Shown: positions 10,089 through 19,465 of the stretch, in pieces
Layout: each line of letters opens with the position of its first letter
How positions within the stretch are numbered: the stretch's first letter is position 1
Assembly (NCBI GenBank): GCA_963806035.1
Contig: CAWDWO010000023.1
Span: forward strand, 60,521 to 124,520
Source: Candidatus Krumholzibacteriota bacterium
GTDB lineage: Bacteria > Krumholzibacteriota > Krumholzibacteriia > JAJRXK01
DNA: 64,000 bases
Direction: 5' to 3'
Position numbers and translations under genes: made by a program
The notes under the pieces: model-generated
What the model was told of the DNA's origin: nothing
What the model saw: only the letters and a program-made list of their open reading frames with translations
Databases searched by the model: none

Positions 10089-11515
10089 GAACTCGTCCTC
10101 TCCTTCCGGCATTCCTTGACTTCGCTGCTCACACTTCCCTGCGATAGCTGGGTCGTGATCCTGTCGCCGACTTTCAGTTCGGTTGCACGTCGCACCACGG
10201 CTCCCTTAGGCCCACGACTGATGCTGTAACCGCGGGCCAGGACCCTTCGTGGATCGAGGAGGCGAACGCGGGTTTCCTGAGCACTCAGTTTTTCCGCACG
10301 GCGGTTCAAAAGAGCCTGCATGCGGGAGAGAGTCAGCTTTCCCAGAGCCGCCTGCAAGGTCTGATCCGCGCGGTGTAGGACCAGGCGCCCCGCACCTCGC
10401 AGCTCTCCCGCGATGCGCTCGCGCCTGCTCTCCGCGCGGCTCAAGGCCCGCGGGGTCTCCCGGAGCAGGCTCCGCTCGGCTTCCAGGAGATCGCGCTGCG
10501 CGGAGACGATCCGCGCCTTTGCGCGCGAACTCGCCAGTTGCGCGGCCATGATGAGACGGTGCCGCTCGTTCGCGGTTCTCTTCTCCGCCAAGGAGGCGAT
10601 TTCCTCCGCCCTTTCCTGCAACAGGCTCAAAAAGTTCGCAGCCATCGTCACGAGAGCGGCGGCGCAAGCGGTCGGGGTCTTGTAGGCGGTGTGCGCCACG
10701 TGATCGGCCACGGAGGTGTCGATCTCGTGGCCGATTCCCGTCAGGACCGGGATGGGCATCTTGCAGATGGCCCGCGCCAGGGCCTCGCTGTCGAAAGCCG
10801 CGAGATCGCTCTGGCTGCCTCCTCCCCTCACGATCGCGACGAGGTCGAGCTCGTGCCTCTCGAGGGTACCCAGAGCGGCGAGCAGAGTGCGCTCGGCCTC
10901 CGCACCCTGCACCCGGGCATCCACGACCACGACCCGATGCCCGAAGCCCCCTTGTTCCAACTCGTTGATGAAGTCGTTGTAGGCCGCGCTGCCGACACTG
11001 GTGATCAGGCCAATCCTGGCCGGGACCAACGGCAGGGGACGTTCGGCGTTCGCGCGCAGAAGCCCTTCCGCCTGCAACGCGCGCAGGATGCGCTCGCGCC
11101 TGAGAGCCAGTTGCCCCAGGGTGAAGGCGGGGTCGACGCCGGTCATCACGAACTGAAGCTTGCCGAACGGCGGGTAGAAATCGACGCGGCCCTTGATGCG
11201 CACCTCGATGTCGTCGTCGAGCTTGAATCCCGGCGAACTGGTGATCGTGCGATCCACCGGTCCCCGATTCCAGGAGAGCAGCGCCACCGAGAGCTTTCCT
11301 TTCACTCCGTCGCCGTACTCGTCCTTCTCCACCAGTTCGAAGTACCAGTGTTTGCGCATTCGGGTTCGGGCGAGGCCTTGAATTTCGCCGCGCACCCAGA
11401 TCTCCTGCGGGAAACGTTCGCTGAGAGCGTGGGAGATCGCCTCGTTCAGGCGCGTCACCGACCAGGTGGCGTCCTCTTCCATGGAACTAGCGGCAAAGAG
11501 CGGCAAATCGTTCAT
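10085..11515 (-). CDS. xseA: Exodeoxyribonuclease VII large subunit
   Basis: IWVRGEI, HWYFEL, RIGLITS, RVQG, IVRGGGS, TGIGHEID, TPTA, VLARGYS. Confidence 0.95.
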   Translation of the reverse strand: MNDLPLFAASSMEEDATWSVTRLNEAISHALSERFPQEIWVRGEIQGLARTRMRKHWYFELVEKDEYGDGVKGKLSVALLSWNRGPVDRTITSSPGFKLDDDIEVRIKGRVDFYPPFGKLQFVMTGVDPAFTLGQLALRRERILRALQAEGLLRANAERPLPLVPARIGLITSVGSAAYNDFINELEQGGFGHRVVVVDARVQGAEAERTLLAALGTLERHELDLVAIVRGGGSQSDLAAFDSEALARAICKMPIPVLTGIGHEIDTSVADHVAHTAYKTPTACAAALVTMAANFLSLLQERAEEIASLAEKRTANERHRLIMAAQLASSRAKARIVSAQRDLLEAERSLLRETPRALSRAESRRERIAGELRGAGRLVLHRADQTLQAALGKLTLSRMQALLNRRAEKLSAQETRVRLLDPRRVLARGYSISRGPKGAVVRRATELKVGDRITTQLSQGSVSSEVKECRKERTSS

Positions 11516-11719
11516 GATTGCCAGATTCTCCGGGAGGTCGGTCGAATGGATGGGGCGTTCCCTCTCTTATACACGCTCAGGCTGAATGGCGCGAGAACAC
11601 TTCAGGGACCGCTCTTCTCAAGCCTGGACCGTTGAGGGGAAAACGATACAATCAGCCCGCCCCACCCCGGCGAAAGGGCGGAATTCGTGGCCTCTTGGCG
11701 GCGGCAGTTGTACCGGACG

Positions 11720-13291
11720 ATGCAAAGGACGCTGGTCGGATGCGCCCTCGCGCTCTTCGCTTGCGGCCTGGGCGAAAAACCGGCGGATTTCACGATGCTG
11801 GGGCGGGAGCCGGAGAGCCTGGACCCGGGTCTGTGCAGCGCGCAGCCGGGGGGACGCATCCTGAGCAACGCCTTCGAGGGACTGTGCTCGAGAGATCCGG
11901 TCAGCCTGGCTCCGGGCCCCGGGGTCGCTCGCAGCTGGGAAATCGACGCCACCGGCACGCTCTACACCTTCCACCTGCGCGCCAATGCCCGCTGGAGCGA
12001 CGGCAGGCCCGTGACGAGTCACGACTTCCAGTTCGCCTGGACCCGGCTCCTGACGCCCAGCACCGCCGCCCCCTACGCCGATCTGCTGTACCCTTTGGTG
12101 GGAGCTCGCGCTTTCCACTCCGGCCAGAGCGAGGATCCTTCGAGCCTCGGCTTCAGCTGTCCCGACGACACCACCTTCGTGGTGCGGCTCTCCCACCCGG
12201 TCGCCTATTTCCTGGATCTCTGTGCCTACTATCCCCTGTTTCCGGTTCCCGCGTGGACGATCCAGGAGCACGGGGAACGCTGGACGCACCCGCAGTTCAT
12301 CGTGAGCAACGGACCCTATCGAGTACAGAAGTGGCAGATCAACCGCCGAGTGCGACTGCTGCGCAATTCCCGCTATTGGGACGCTTCACAAGTGGCTTTG
12401 CGGATCGTCGACATCATGCACGGTGACGACGCGAACAGCAGCTTCAACCGCTACGAGAGCGGAGAACTCGACTGGGTCGATTCGGAGGGGATTCCCCCCA
12501 CCGTGATTCAGCAAATCTCGTCCCGCCCCGACTTCCACCGGGGGCCGTACCTCAACACCTACTTTCTGCGCTTCTGCGTGAAGTCGCCGCCGATGGACGA
12601 TCCTCGCGTACGCAAAGCCTTCGCTCTGGCCGTGAACGCGGAAGCGATCACCGAGCACGTGACGCGAGGGGGGCAGATTCCCGCGCACAGTCTGGTTCCT
12701 CCGGGACTTCCCGGTTACGACGAGGTTCATCTGGAAGGTTATCAGCCCGAGCGCGCGCGTGAACTCCTGGCCCAAGCGGGCTATCCCGGCGGCAAGGGTT
12801 TCCCCAAGGTCACCTACCTCTACAACACGAGCGAGGCGCACCGTCAGGTCGCGGTGGTGCTTCAACAGCAGTGGAAACGCGTGCTCGGGGTTCAGGTGGA
12901 GTTGCGCAACATGGAGTGGAAGGTGTTCATGGCGAAGACACGCGCCGAGGAGTACCAGATCGCGCGCGGCGGCTGGATCGGCGACTATCTCGATCCCAAT
13001 ACTTTCCTCTCGATCTGGAGTTCGGGGAACGGCAACAATCGCACTGGATTTTCTTCCACCCGTTACGACAGCCTGCTGACACTTGCCGCCGACGAACTCG
13101 ATTCCGCACGTCGCATGAAGATCCTGCACGAGTGTGAGCGCATCGTCACCTCGCAGGAGTGCATCATCGTGCCCATCTATTACTACGTCGTCACCAACCT
13201 GTACGACGCCGACAAGTGGAGTGGCCTCGAACCCAATTTGCTCAACGCAGTGCAGTTGAAGTACGTCTCGCGCGCGGGGGGTGCGCCGTGA
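11720..13291 (+). CDS. oppA: Oligopeptide ABC transporter substrate-binding lipoprotein
   Basis: Lipobox LFAC; EPESLDP, FEGL, YTFHLR...WSDGRPVT..DF, VSNGPY, RGGWIGDYLDP. Start at 11720 or 11687. Confidence 0.9.
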   Translation: MQRTLVGCALALFACGLGEKPADFTMLGREPESLDPGLCSAQPGGRILSNAFEGLCSRDPVSLAPGPGVARSWEIDATGTLYTFHLRANARWSDGRPVTSHDFQFAWTRLLTPSTAAPYADLLYPLVGARAFHSGQSEDPSSLGFSCPDDTTFVVRLSHPVAYFLDLCAYYPLFPVPAWTIQEHGERWTHPQFIVSNGPYRVQKWQINRRVRLLRNSRYWDASQVALRIVDIMHGDDANSSFNRYESGELDWVDSEGIPPTVIQQISSRPDFHRGPYLNTYFLRFCVKSPPMDDPRVRKAFALAVNAEAITEHVTRGGQIPAHSLVPPGLPGYDEVHLEGYQPERARELLAQAGYPGGKGFPKVTYLYNTSEAHRQVAVVLQQQWKRVLGVQVELRNMEWKVFMAKTRAEEYQIARGGWIGDYLDPNTFLSIWSSGNGNNRTGFSSTRYDSLLTLAADELDSARRMKILHECERIVTSQECIIVPIYYYVVTNLYDADKWSGLEPNLLNAVQLKYVSRAGGAP

Positions 13292-14206
13292 TGCGCTTTC
13301 TTTTGCGGCGCCTGCTCTCGCTCATCCCCCTGCTCGCCGCCATCATCGTGGTCAGTTTTTTCTTCATGCGCCTGGCTCCCGGGGGGCCCTTCGACCTCGA
13401 GCGCGAACTCGACCCCACGGTGAAAGCTCGAATGCAGGCCCGCTATGGATTGGACCGGCCCCTCAGTGAACAGCTTTGGGTCTACGGAAAGGGCCTTCTG
13501 CAGGGCGATCTGGGCCCCTCGTTTCGTTATCCGGGCTGGTCGGTGCGAGAGATCATCGCACAGGCGCTGCCCGTCTCCCTCACTCTCGGGATTCTTCGCG
13601 CTTTTGGTCGCATTGTTCACCGGGATTCCCTTGGGGGTCATTGCCGCGATTCATCGCAACGGATGGCCGGATCATTTCGCCACCGGCTTCGCGTTGCTCG
13701 GCATTTGCATTCCGAATTTCGTGTTGGGCCCGCTCCTCATCCTACTCTTCGTGTTCCAGCTCGGTTGGTTCCCGGTGGGAGGGTTCGGAACGCTTCAACA
13801 ACTCGTGCTTCCCGCGATCACCCTGGGAGCGATCCGCGCAGCCTACGTCGCGCGCTTGACCCGCGTGGGAATGATCGAGGTGCTCTCGCGTGACTTCATC
13901 CGCACCGCCAGAGCCAAGGGACTGGGCGAACCGGTCGTCGTCACCAAGCACGCACTGCGGGTGGCCATCCTGCCGGTCCTCAGTTACTTGGGCCCCGCCG
14001 CTGCGTCCATTCTGGTGGGCAGCGTGGTGGTGGAGAAGATCTTCAGCATTCCCGGACTCGGTACTTTCTTCGTCAACAGCGCGCTGAACCGCGACTACAC
14101 CCTGGCCATGGGCACGGTCCTCCTCTACAGCACTCTGCTCATCGGGCTCAACCTCCTCGTCGACCTGCTCTACTCGGCCCTCGATCCCCGCATGGAGTTG
14201 CGATGA
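13291..14206 (+). CDS. oppB: Oligopeptide ABC transporter permease, frameshifted near 13590
   Basis: N-terminal half (MRFLLRRLL...APGGPF...GDLGPSF) and C-terminal half (LPAITL...RTARAKGL..., VEKIFSIPGLG, LDPR) are in different frames. Removing one G from GGG at 13588-13590 joins them. Confidence 0.88.
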
Positions 14207-15068
14207 GCCAGCGCAGTGACTCTCCCTTCCGGGATGCCTGGCGCCGACTGCGCCGTCATCGCGTGGCGGTGGTCAGCATTTGGGTTCTCTTGGCCATCGT
14301 GGTCATTGCGGTGGCCGGGCCGTTTCTGAGCCCGTACCCCTTCGACCGGCAGGACCTCCCCCACCAATTGCAAGCCCCCAGCCTCGGGCATCCCTTCGGA
14401 ACCGACGCGGTGGGTCGTGACCTGATGACGCGGGTGATGCGGGGGGACGGATTAGCCTCGCGGTGGGCATCGTCGCCACTCTTGTGAGTCTGCTCATCGG
14501 GGTGAGTTGGGGGATGACCGCGGGCTGGCAGGGCGGAAAGACCGACGAGGCCATGATGCGATTCGTCGACTTGCTTTACTCCCTGCCGTTCATGTTCTTC
14601 GTGATTTTGCTGGTGGCTTTTTTTGGTCAGAGTCTCTTGCTACTCTTCTTGGCCCTGGGCGCCGTGCAATGGCTCACCATGAGTCGCATCGTGCGCGGAG
14701 AGATGAAGCGCCTGCGCTCGAGTGAATTCGTGGAGGCTTGCATTGCCTTGGGATTGCCGCGGCACCGCATCTTCCTCAGGCATCTGCTTCCCAACATGTT
14801 GGGCCCCATTTTGGTCTATGCGACATTGACCGTGCCCTCCGTCATGCTCGAGGAGGCCTTCCTCTCCTTCTTGGGACTGGGAGTGCAGCCGCCCGACGCC
14901 TCCTGGGGTAGCCTGGCCAACGAGGGGGCCTCGGCAATCAACGCCCTGAACACGAACTGGTGGTTGATTCTCTTTCCCGGACTCTTCCTGGGTCTGACCC
15001 TGCTGGCGCTCAATTTCCTGGGAGACGGGCTCCGCGATGCCTTCGATCCGGATTCTCGCAGCGCCTGA
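14203..15068 (+). CDS. oppC: Oligopeptide ABC transporter permease, frameshifted near 14445
   Basis: AWRRLRRH...HPFGTDAVGRD, then EAFLSFLGLGVQPP..SWG, NFLGDGLRDAFDP. Adding one G to the G6 run at 14441-14446 restores MRGGRISLAVG. Confidence 0.88.
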
Positions 15069-15146
15069 GTGAAGCCCTTTCTGGAGTCGGCGATCCTGGC
15101 TTCAAAGGGCCTGAGTGCAGCCACTTCCAGTAACAGCGACCCCCGA

Positions 15147-15272
15147 TTTGCGGTGCGCGGTTTGTGGTGCGCGGTTTGTGGTGCGCGGTTTGTGGCGCGC
15201 GGTTTGTGGCGCGCGGGTTGCGGTGCGCGGGCTGCGGTGCGCGGGCTGCGGTTTGCGGTTTGCGGTTTGCGG
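15147..15272. repeat. Tandem heptamer array, 18 units of NNNGYGG (e.g. TTTGTGG, TGCGCGG)
   Basis: Read directly: 18 contiguous 7-mers, all ending in GG, with no A on the + strand; lies between convergent genes. Confidence 0.95.
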
Positions 15273-15289
15273 CGCGGTTTGCCGTGCTC

Positions 15290-16204
15290 TCACTTCTCTT
15301 CGTCTTGGAAGAACAGACCTTGGAAGGTGAGTTGGAAATTCCTCGGGGCGTCCAGTGCGATGACCTTGGAGGGCAAGAGCACTCCCTCCACATTCTTCCA
15401 CATCTGGAAGATGATGGTCACTGAGGTATCGGTTTGGACTGGGTTGTCCATCCTGAATCCCAGCGGCAATCCGGACTTGTCGTCGAAATAGAGGTAGATC
15501 TTCGTGCCGTCTTCCGTATAGCCCAAGAGCTCCTGACTCTTGAGCGTGTGGAAGTCCGTCTCTTTGACCCAGCCAATGTTCTGCGCGAAGCTCTCAGGGT
15601 CGATCGCGATGCGCTGGAAGTCGTGGCTTCTCACCATCAGGGCCGTGCGGCGGCTGAGGGGCGTCCTGGTGCCGTCCTCGTGAACCGACCATGCACCCTC
15701 GGATGTGATGAGTGCCTCGAAAGGCTTCCTCCCTTCCAGCACGCGTCGATACCAAAATCTCCCGTCCGGAGGTGAACTGATGTCGGTCTTGAAGCTCCCG
15801 TCGGGGCCGCTACCTGAGGCACGTCCTACGATGATCTTGTCCAGAGCCTCTTTGGTCACATGCGTTGCCGTACGCGCCCGCTCGAGCACCTTCTGCGCCT
15901 TCTGCTGTGCTTCCTTCGTTCGCGCCGCAGCCGCCTCTTCCTGGGCCTCCTTCGAAGGCCCCTGAGACCTCGCCACCGCCTGCGCGAAGTCGGGCAAATT
16001 TGCCGCGGACTGGCCCTTGGGAGCGGGTGTCTGCTCTGCAGACTGGCTCGTCGGAGCCGGTGGCTGCTGTGCAGATTGGGTGTCCCGCGCGGAGGACTCT
16101 TCCTTGGTGGACCTGGAGCAGCCGTAAAGCGGCGCGGCCAGAAGAAGGAGCAACAGGATCAGCGGAAGGCCCATCGACCCTCGTCTTGGCTCGCTGGCAA
16201 ACAT
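15290..16204 (-). CDS. Hypothetical lipoprotein with Q/P/A-rich linker
   Basis: Hydrophobic signal ending LLAAPLYGC, disordered linker, beta-rich C-terminal domain; AAGGAA RBS before the ATG at 16204. Confidence 0.7.
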   Translation of the reverse strand: MFASEPRRGSMGLPLILLLLLLAAPLYGCSRSTKEESSARDTQSAQQPPAPTSQSAEQTPAPKGQSAANLPDFAQAVARSQGPSKEAQEEAAAARTKEAQQKAQKVLERARTATHVTKEALDKIIVGRASGSGPDGSFKTDISSPPDGRFWYRRVLEGRKPFEALITSEGAWSVHEDGTRTPLSRRTALMVRSHDFQRIAIDPESFAQNIGWVKETDFHTLKSQELLGYTEDGTKIYLYFDDKSGLPLGFRMDNPVQTDTSVTIIFQMWKNVEGVLLPSKVIALDAPRNFQLTFQGLFFQDEEK

Positions 16205-16230
16205 GGGTCGTTCCTTCGGTGAGTGAACCA

Positions 16231-17739
16231 CTAGGCCTTCTTTGCCGCTGCTTCGGCGATGGAGTAAAAGAGACAGGCGCCGAATCCGGTCGCGCCCTTG
16301 GGCTCAGTCGGACGATTTTCCTCGGCCCAGACCATGCCCGCGATGTCCAGATGAGCCCAGCGCGCTCCCTTGGCGAAGCAGCTCAAGAAGCCGGCCGCGG
16401 TCGACGCGCCGCCGTCCCTGGGACCGGTGTTCTTCAAATCCGCGACATGACCCTTCATCTTCTGACGATGCAGATCGCTCAGGGGTAAACGCCACACCGC
16501 ATCGCCGCTGAGTTTGGATGCCTCTTCGATGAGGTGAACCAGTTCATCGTCTTCGCTCATGAGACCGCAGGCGTATTCGCCCAGAGCCACCATGCAGGCG
16601 CCAGTCAGGGTTGCCGCGTCCACGATGAAATCGGGCTTCTGCTGTTTCGCATAGTGCAGCGCGTCCGCCAGCACGAGACGGCCCTCGGCATCGGTATTGT
16701 TCACCTCCACCGTCAGCCCGCTCATCATGCGCAGCAGATCTCCCGGTTTGATGGCCTTGCCACCGGGCATGTTCTCGGCCGCCGCGACATATCCCAGCAC
16801 GTGCACCTTGGGCTTCAAGAGCGAGAGGATTTTGAACGCGCCCAACACCGCCCCGGCGCCCCCCATGTCGAACTTCATCTGGTCCATGTTCGCGGAGGGC
16901 TTGAGGCTGATTCCTCCGGAATCAAAAGTGATTCCCTTGCCAACGAACGCGATTTTGGGTGCGTTCTTGGGCAAACGCGTCGGCCTGTATTCCAGGGCGA
17001 TGAACTGCACTGGCTCGGCGCTACCTTGCCCCACTCCGAGAAGTCCTCCCATGCCCTTGCGTTCACATTCTGCGGGTCCGAAGACCTTGCAACGCACGAG
17101 GGGAGAGCGAGCCAAGGTTCGCGCTTCTTTGGCCATGATGCGCGGCGTAAGTTCGTTGGAGGGGCGATTCACCAGTTCGCGCGTGAACAGCACGCCCTCG
17201 GCCATAGCATTGCCGCGGGCCGCTCCCTCGCTCAATGCAGCTTGAGAGTTCTTCGCCTCACAGAACAATCCAACCCGGCTCAAGGGAGCTTTCTTCCGCT
17301 CCTTCTCGTCGGTTTTGTAGAGCCCAGGATCGTAGCTGGCCAACACCAACGCACGGCAGCTCGCTTCCGCTGCTTCGAGGGCGTGCAACGAGCGCGAGGT
17401 GGGAATGAGGACCGCGGCCGATTTGATTCCCTGCGCCTGACAAGCGGACGCTGCGCTGCCCATTGCGTCCTTCAGGCCGGCCACGTCCAGCTTGGCCATG
17501 TCACCCAAACCGAGGAGCAGGATCTTCTTGGCGCCAGTGCGGGGTGCGGGCGCGAATGCGACTTCTTTGAGCTCTCCGCTGAATCCGCTCAGCTCCATCG
17601 TCTTGCTCAACGCGCCGCTGGTCCGCCGATCGAGCTCGGCCGCCGCTCCACGCAAACGCTTTCCGCCTGAATTCACGCCGACGATCAAGACCTCGGCCTG
17701 GACCTCCTCCAGACCACCCTTTTTCACCGTGAAACGCAT
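16231..17739 (-). CDS. pepA: Leucyl aminopeptidase (M17)
   Basis: VGKGITFDSGG, MKFDMGG, NNTDAEGRLVLAD, ATLTGA, WAHLDIAG. Confidence 0.95.
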   Translation of the reverse strand: MRFTVKKGGLEEVQAEVLIVGVNSGGKRLRGAAAELDRRTSGALSKTMELSGFSGELKEVAFAPAPRTGAKKILLLGLGDMAKLDVAGLKDAMGSAASACQAQGIKSAAVLIPTSRSLHALEAAEASCRALVLASYDPGLYKTDEKERKKAPLSRVGLFCEAKNSQAALSEGAARGNAMAEGVLFTRELVNRPSNELTPRIMAKEARTLARSPLVRCKVFGPAECERKGMGGLLGVGQGSAEPVQFIALEYRPTRLPKNAPKIAFVGKGITFDSGGISLKPSANMDQMKFDMGGAGAVLGAFKILSLLKPKVHVLGYVAAAENMPGGKAIKPGDLLRMMSGLTVEVNNTDAEGRLVLADALHYAKQQKPDFIVDAATLTGACMVALGEYACGLMSEDDELVHLIEEASKLSGDAVWRLPLSDLHRQKMKGHVADLKNTGPRDGGASTAAGFLSCFAKGARWAHLDIAGMVWAEENRPTEPKGATGFGACLFYSIAEAAAKKA

Positions 17740-17812
17740 TGAATCCCTCTCCGAGCCGGTCCCCGGCTTCCGCTAGAACCTAGAGTTTTCGTCGCCTGAA
17801 AATGGATGGGGT

Positions 17813-17841
17813 ATTGTTTCACCTCCATGATGCGCTGGCAA
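17813..17841 (-). promoter_or_regulatory. Putative sigma70 promoter for pepA
   Basis: Minus strand reads TTGCCA-17 bp-AACAAT with an extended TG; 6 bp outside the IS end. Confidence 0.4.
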
Positions 17842-17847
17842 GCTTTT

Positions 17848-19105
17848 GGTTCTGTCTCCGAAATTGTTCTTGGCTGTGGTGTAGCTCCTGCTGGGATTGC
17901 AGATGCAGAAGACGACGCGGCCTGCGGCCCCTCTCCCCTCAAAATGCGTACTTCAGCCGATGCGCCTGGTTGCGCGGGTACTCGCGCGTGCGCACCTCCC
18001 GCCGATAGTAGAGCTGCCAGCGCGCAGGGAGTTTGATCCGCCCCGGAAACAGCCGTCTGCGAAAGATCTCCCCAAACGAGAGAGGGCGATCGATTAGCCC
18101 CTTCAGCATCGCCGGAGTCTCCGGCGGTCCGTTCACCCGTCGACGGTGCATGAAGTTTCTCCATACTTGCAAGAGCGTGAGTTTCTCCGCACTCGCCTGG
18201 CGGCGCTTGGAGGCCGCGATCGTCTCGCGTTTGTGGTTGCTCTGTGCATGGCGAATCCACAGATCCAGCAAATTGATTTCGTAAAGTGGATTGTGTTGGG
18301 TGCGCCGCTTCTTCGAGTTCGTCACGCGGTGAGCGACGCTCGGCGCTAGCTTGCGGATTGCCTGCACGTAAGCACGATGCTCGTCGCTGTGGACGATGGC
18401 TCGCTCCAGTCCCTCGAGGGATACCGCCAGCAGCTCCTGGACGTCCTTGCGGGTGGCCTGGGGATCCGGCCGGCCGATGCGTTCCTCGATCCTCTGCCGC
18501 TTCTTCCGCTGATAAGCGGTCATTCTCCCACTGCGGCGCAGCTCGCTCTCGGTGTGATAGAGCACGAAACTCGTGTCCTTCTCCACCGCCACGTGGTGCT
18601 CGATGGGATGGTACTGGCTGTACTCGAAGCTGCGCAGTCCATCGATCACCACCGGACCGCGTGCCTTCACTCCCCGCAGTTTGGCCGTTTGCCACAACAT
18701 GGCATGACGGGCGAGGCGAGCGATGTGTTCGGAGATGGTCTGCGGGCTCGCTTTCAGGGTGCGAGCGATTTGGCGAGTGGCCATGCAGCCCAGGCTGAGC
18801 AGAAAGACTTGCTTGGTGAGCTCGGGGCGCTTTTGCCAGTAACTCAGAGAAAACGTCTGGCTGGAAAAGTTGACACCACATGTCCGGCACTGGAAACGTT
18901 GGACACGTCTTTGGTCCGAGGGGCGCGTATAGAAACCCTTACGGACATAGCGCCAGTGGGGCGCGGTGTCGGGCAAGTCCTTGTGGTACTTGCAGCTGGA
19001 ATTGGGACAGTGGGGAGGCCCCCAACCCAGCCTGCGTGTCGGGTCCGTGGCCATGCCACCCCGTCACGCAGGCTTCGGGCCAGGAACAATTTCGGAGACA
19101 GAACC
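17848..19105 (-). mobile_element. Insertion sequence, 1258 bp, IS1/IS6-like
   Basis: Terminal inverted repeats GGTTCTGTCTCCGAAATTGTTC(T/C)TGGC at 17848-17874 and 19079-19105 (26/27 identical) flank a single transposase ORF. Confidence 0.9.
17939..19054 (-). CDS. DDE-type transposase with N-terminal zinc ribbon and HTH
   Basis: 371 aa; CPNSSC...QRFQCRTCG zinc ribbon, ATRQIARTLKASPQTI HTH, VIDG and HSDEH catalytic-type motifs; lies within the inverted repeats. Confidence 0.85.
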   Translation of the reverse strand: MATDPTRRLGWGPPHCPNSSCKYHKDLPDTAPHWRYVRKGFYTRPSDQRRVQRFQCRTCGVNFSSQTFSLSYWQKRPELTKQVFLLSLGCMATRQIARTLKASPQTISEHIARLARHAMLWQTAKLRGVKARGPVVIDGLRSFEYSQYHPIEHHVAVEKDTSFVLYHTESELRRSGRMTAYQRKKRQRIEERIGRPDPQATRKDVQELLAVSLEGLERAIVHSDEHRAYVQAIRKLAPSVAHRVTNSKKRRTQHNPLYEINLLDLWIRHAQSNHKRETIAASKRRQASAEKLTLLQVWRNFMHRRRVNGPPETPAMLKGLIDRPLSFGEIFRRRLFPGRIKLPARWQLYYRREVRTREYPRNQAHRLKYAF

Positions 19106-19440
19106 TAAACTTTGAATGATGAGCCGCAGCCACACGTCCCCGTCGCATTGGGATTCTCGAAGACGAAACCCTTGCCATTGAGGCCACTGGAGAAATCGAG
19201 CGTGAGACCGTGAAGGAAGAGCAAGCTCTTGTTGTCCACGACGATCTTGACGCCCTCCCCCTCGTGCATGAACACCTCGTCACCCTCACGCAGAGCGTCC
19301 TCCCAGGCAAGCTTGTAGCTCAGACCCGAACAACCACCACCCTGCACCGCAACGCGCAGATAGTTGGTGGCGGGATCGCGCTTTTCCTCGGTCAAATTGG
19401 TGAGGATGGCCTTGGCGGCATTGTCTGTGATGTGAACCAT
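19105..19440 (-). CDS. iscA: A-type Fe-S carrier (IscA/HesB family)
   Basis: LRVAVQGGGCSGLSY and NPNATGTCGCGSSF; AGGAGA RBS before the ATG at 19440. Confidence 0.93.
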   Translation of the reverse strand: MVHITDNAAKAILTNLTEEKRDPATNYLRVAVQGGGCSGLSYKLAWEDALREGDEVFMHEGEGVKIVVDNKSLLFLHGLTLDFSSGLNGKGFVFENPNATGTCGCGSSFKV

Positions 19441-19465
19441 GAATTCTCCTCTACCGGATGCCCTC

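Noticed and set aside
11563..11574. TCTCTTATACAC, 12 bp identical to the Tn5 mosaic end/Nextera adapter
   Set aside because: Only 12 of 19 bp match contiguously and the flanks diverge. It could equally be a -10-like element for xseA.
15147..15284. Repeat array as CRISPR, or the overlapping ORFs (15010-15491) as Cys/Arg-rich peptides
   Set aside because: There are no spacers and the unit is only 7 bp. The ORFs are open simply because the repeat lacks stop codons.
17775..17789. AGAACC-TAGAGTTTT resembling the IS right end plus flank
   Set aside because: Only 6 bp match the inverted repeat, which is consistent with chance.
17724..18890. 388-aa alternative-frame ORF overlapping the transposase (possible programmed frameshift partner)
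   Set aside because: Low-complexity R/P/G/A content, and the transposase is already complete in a single frame.
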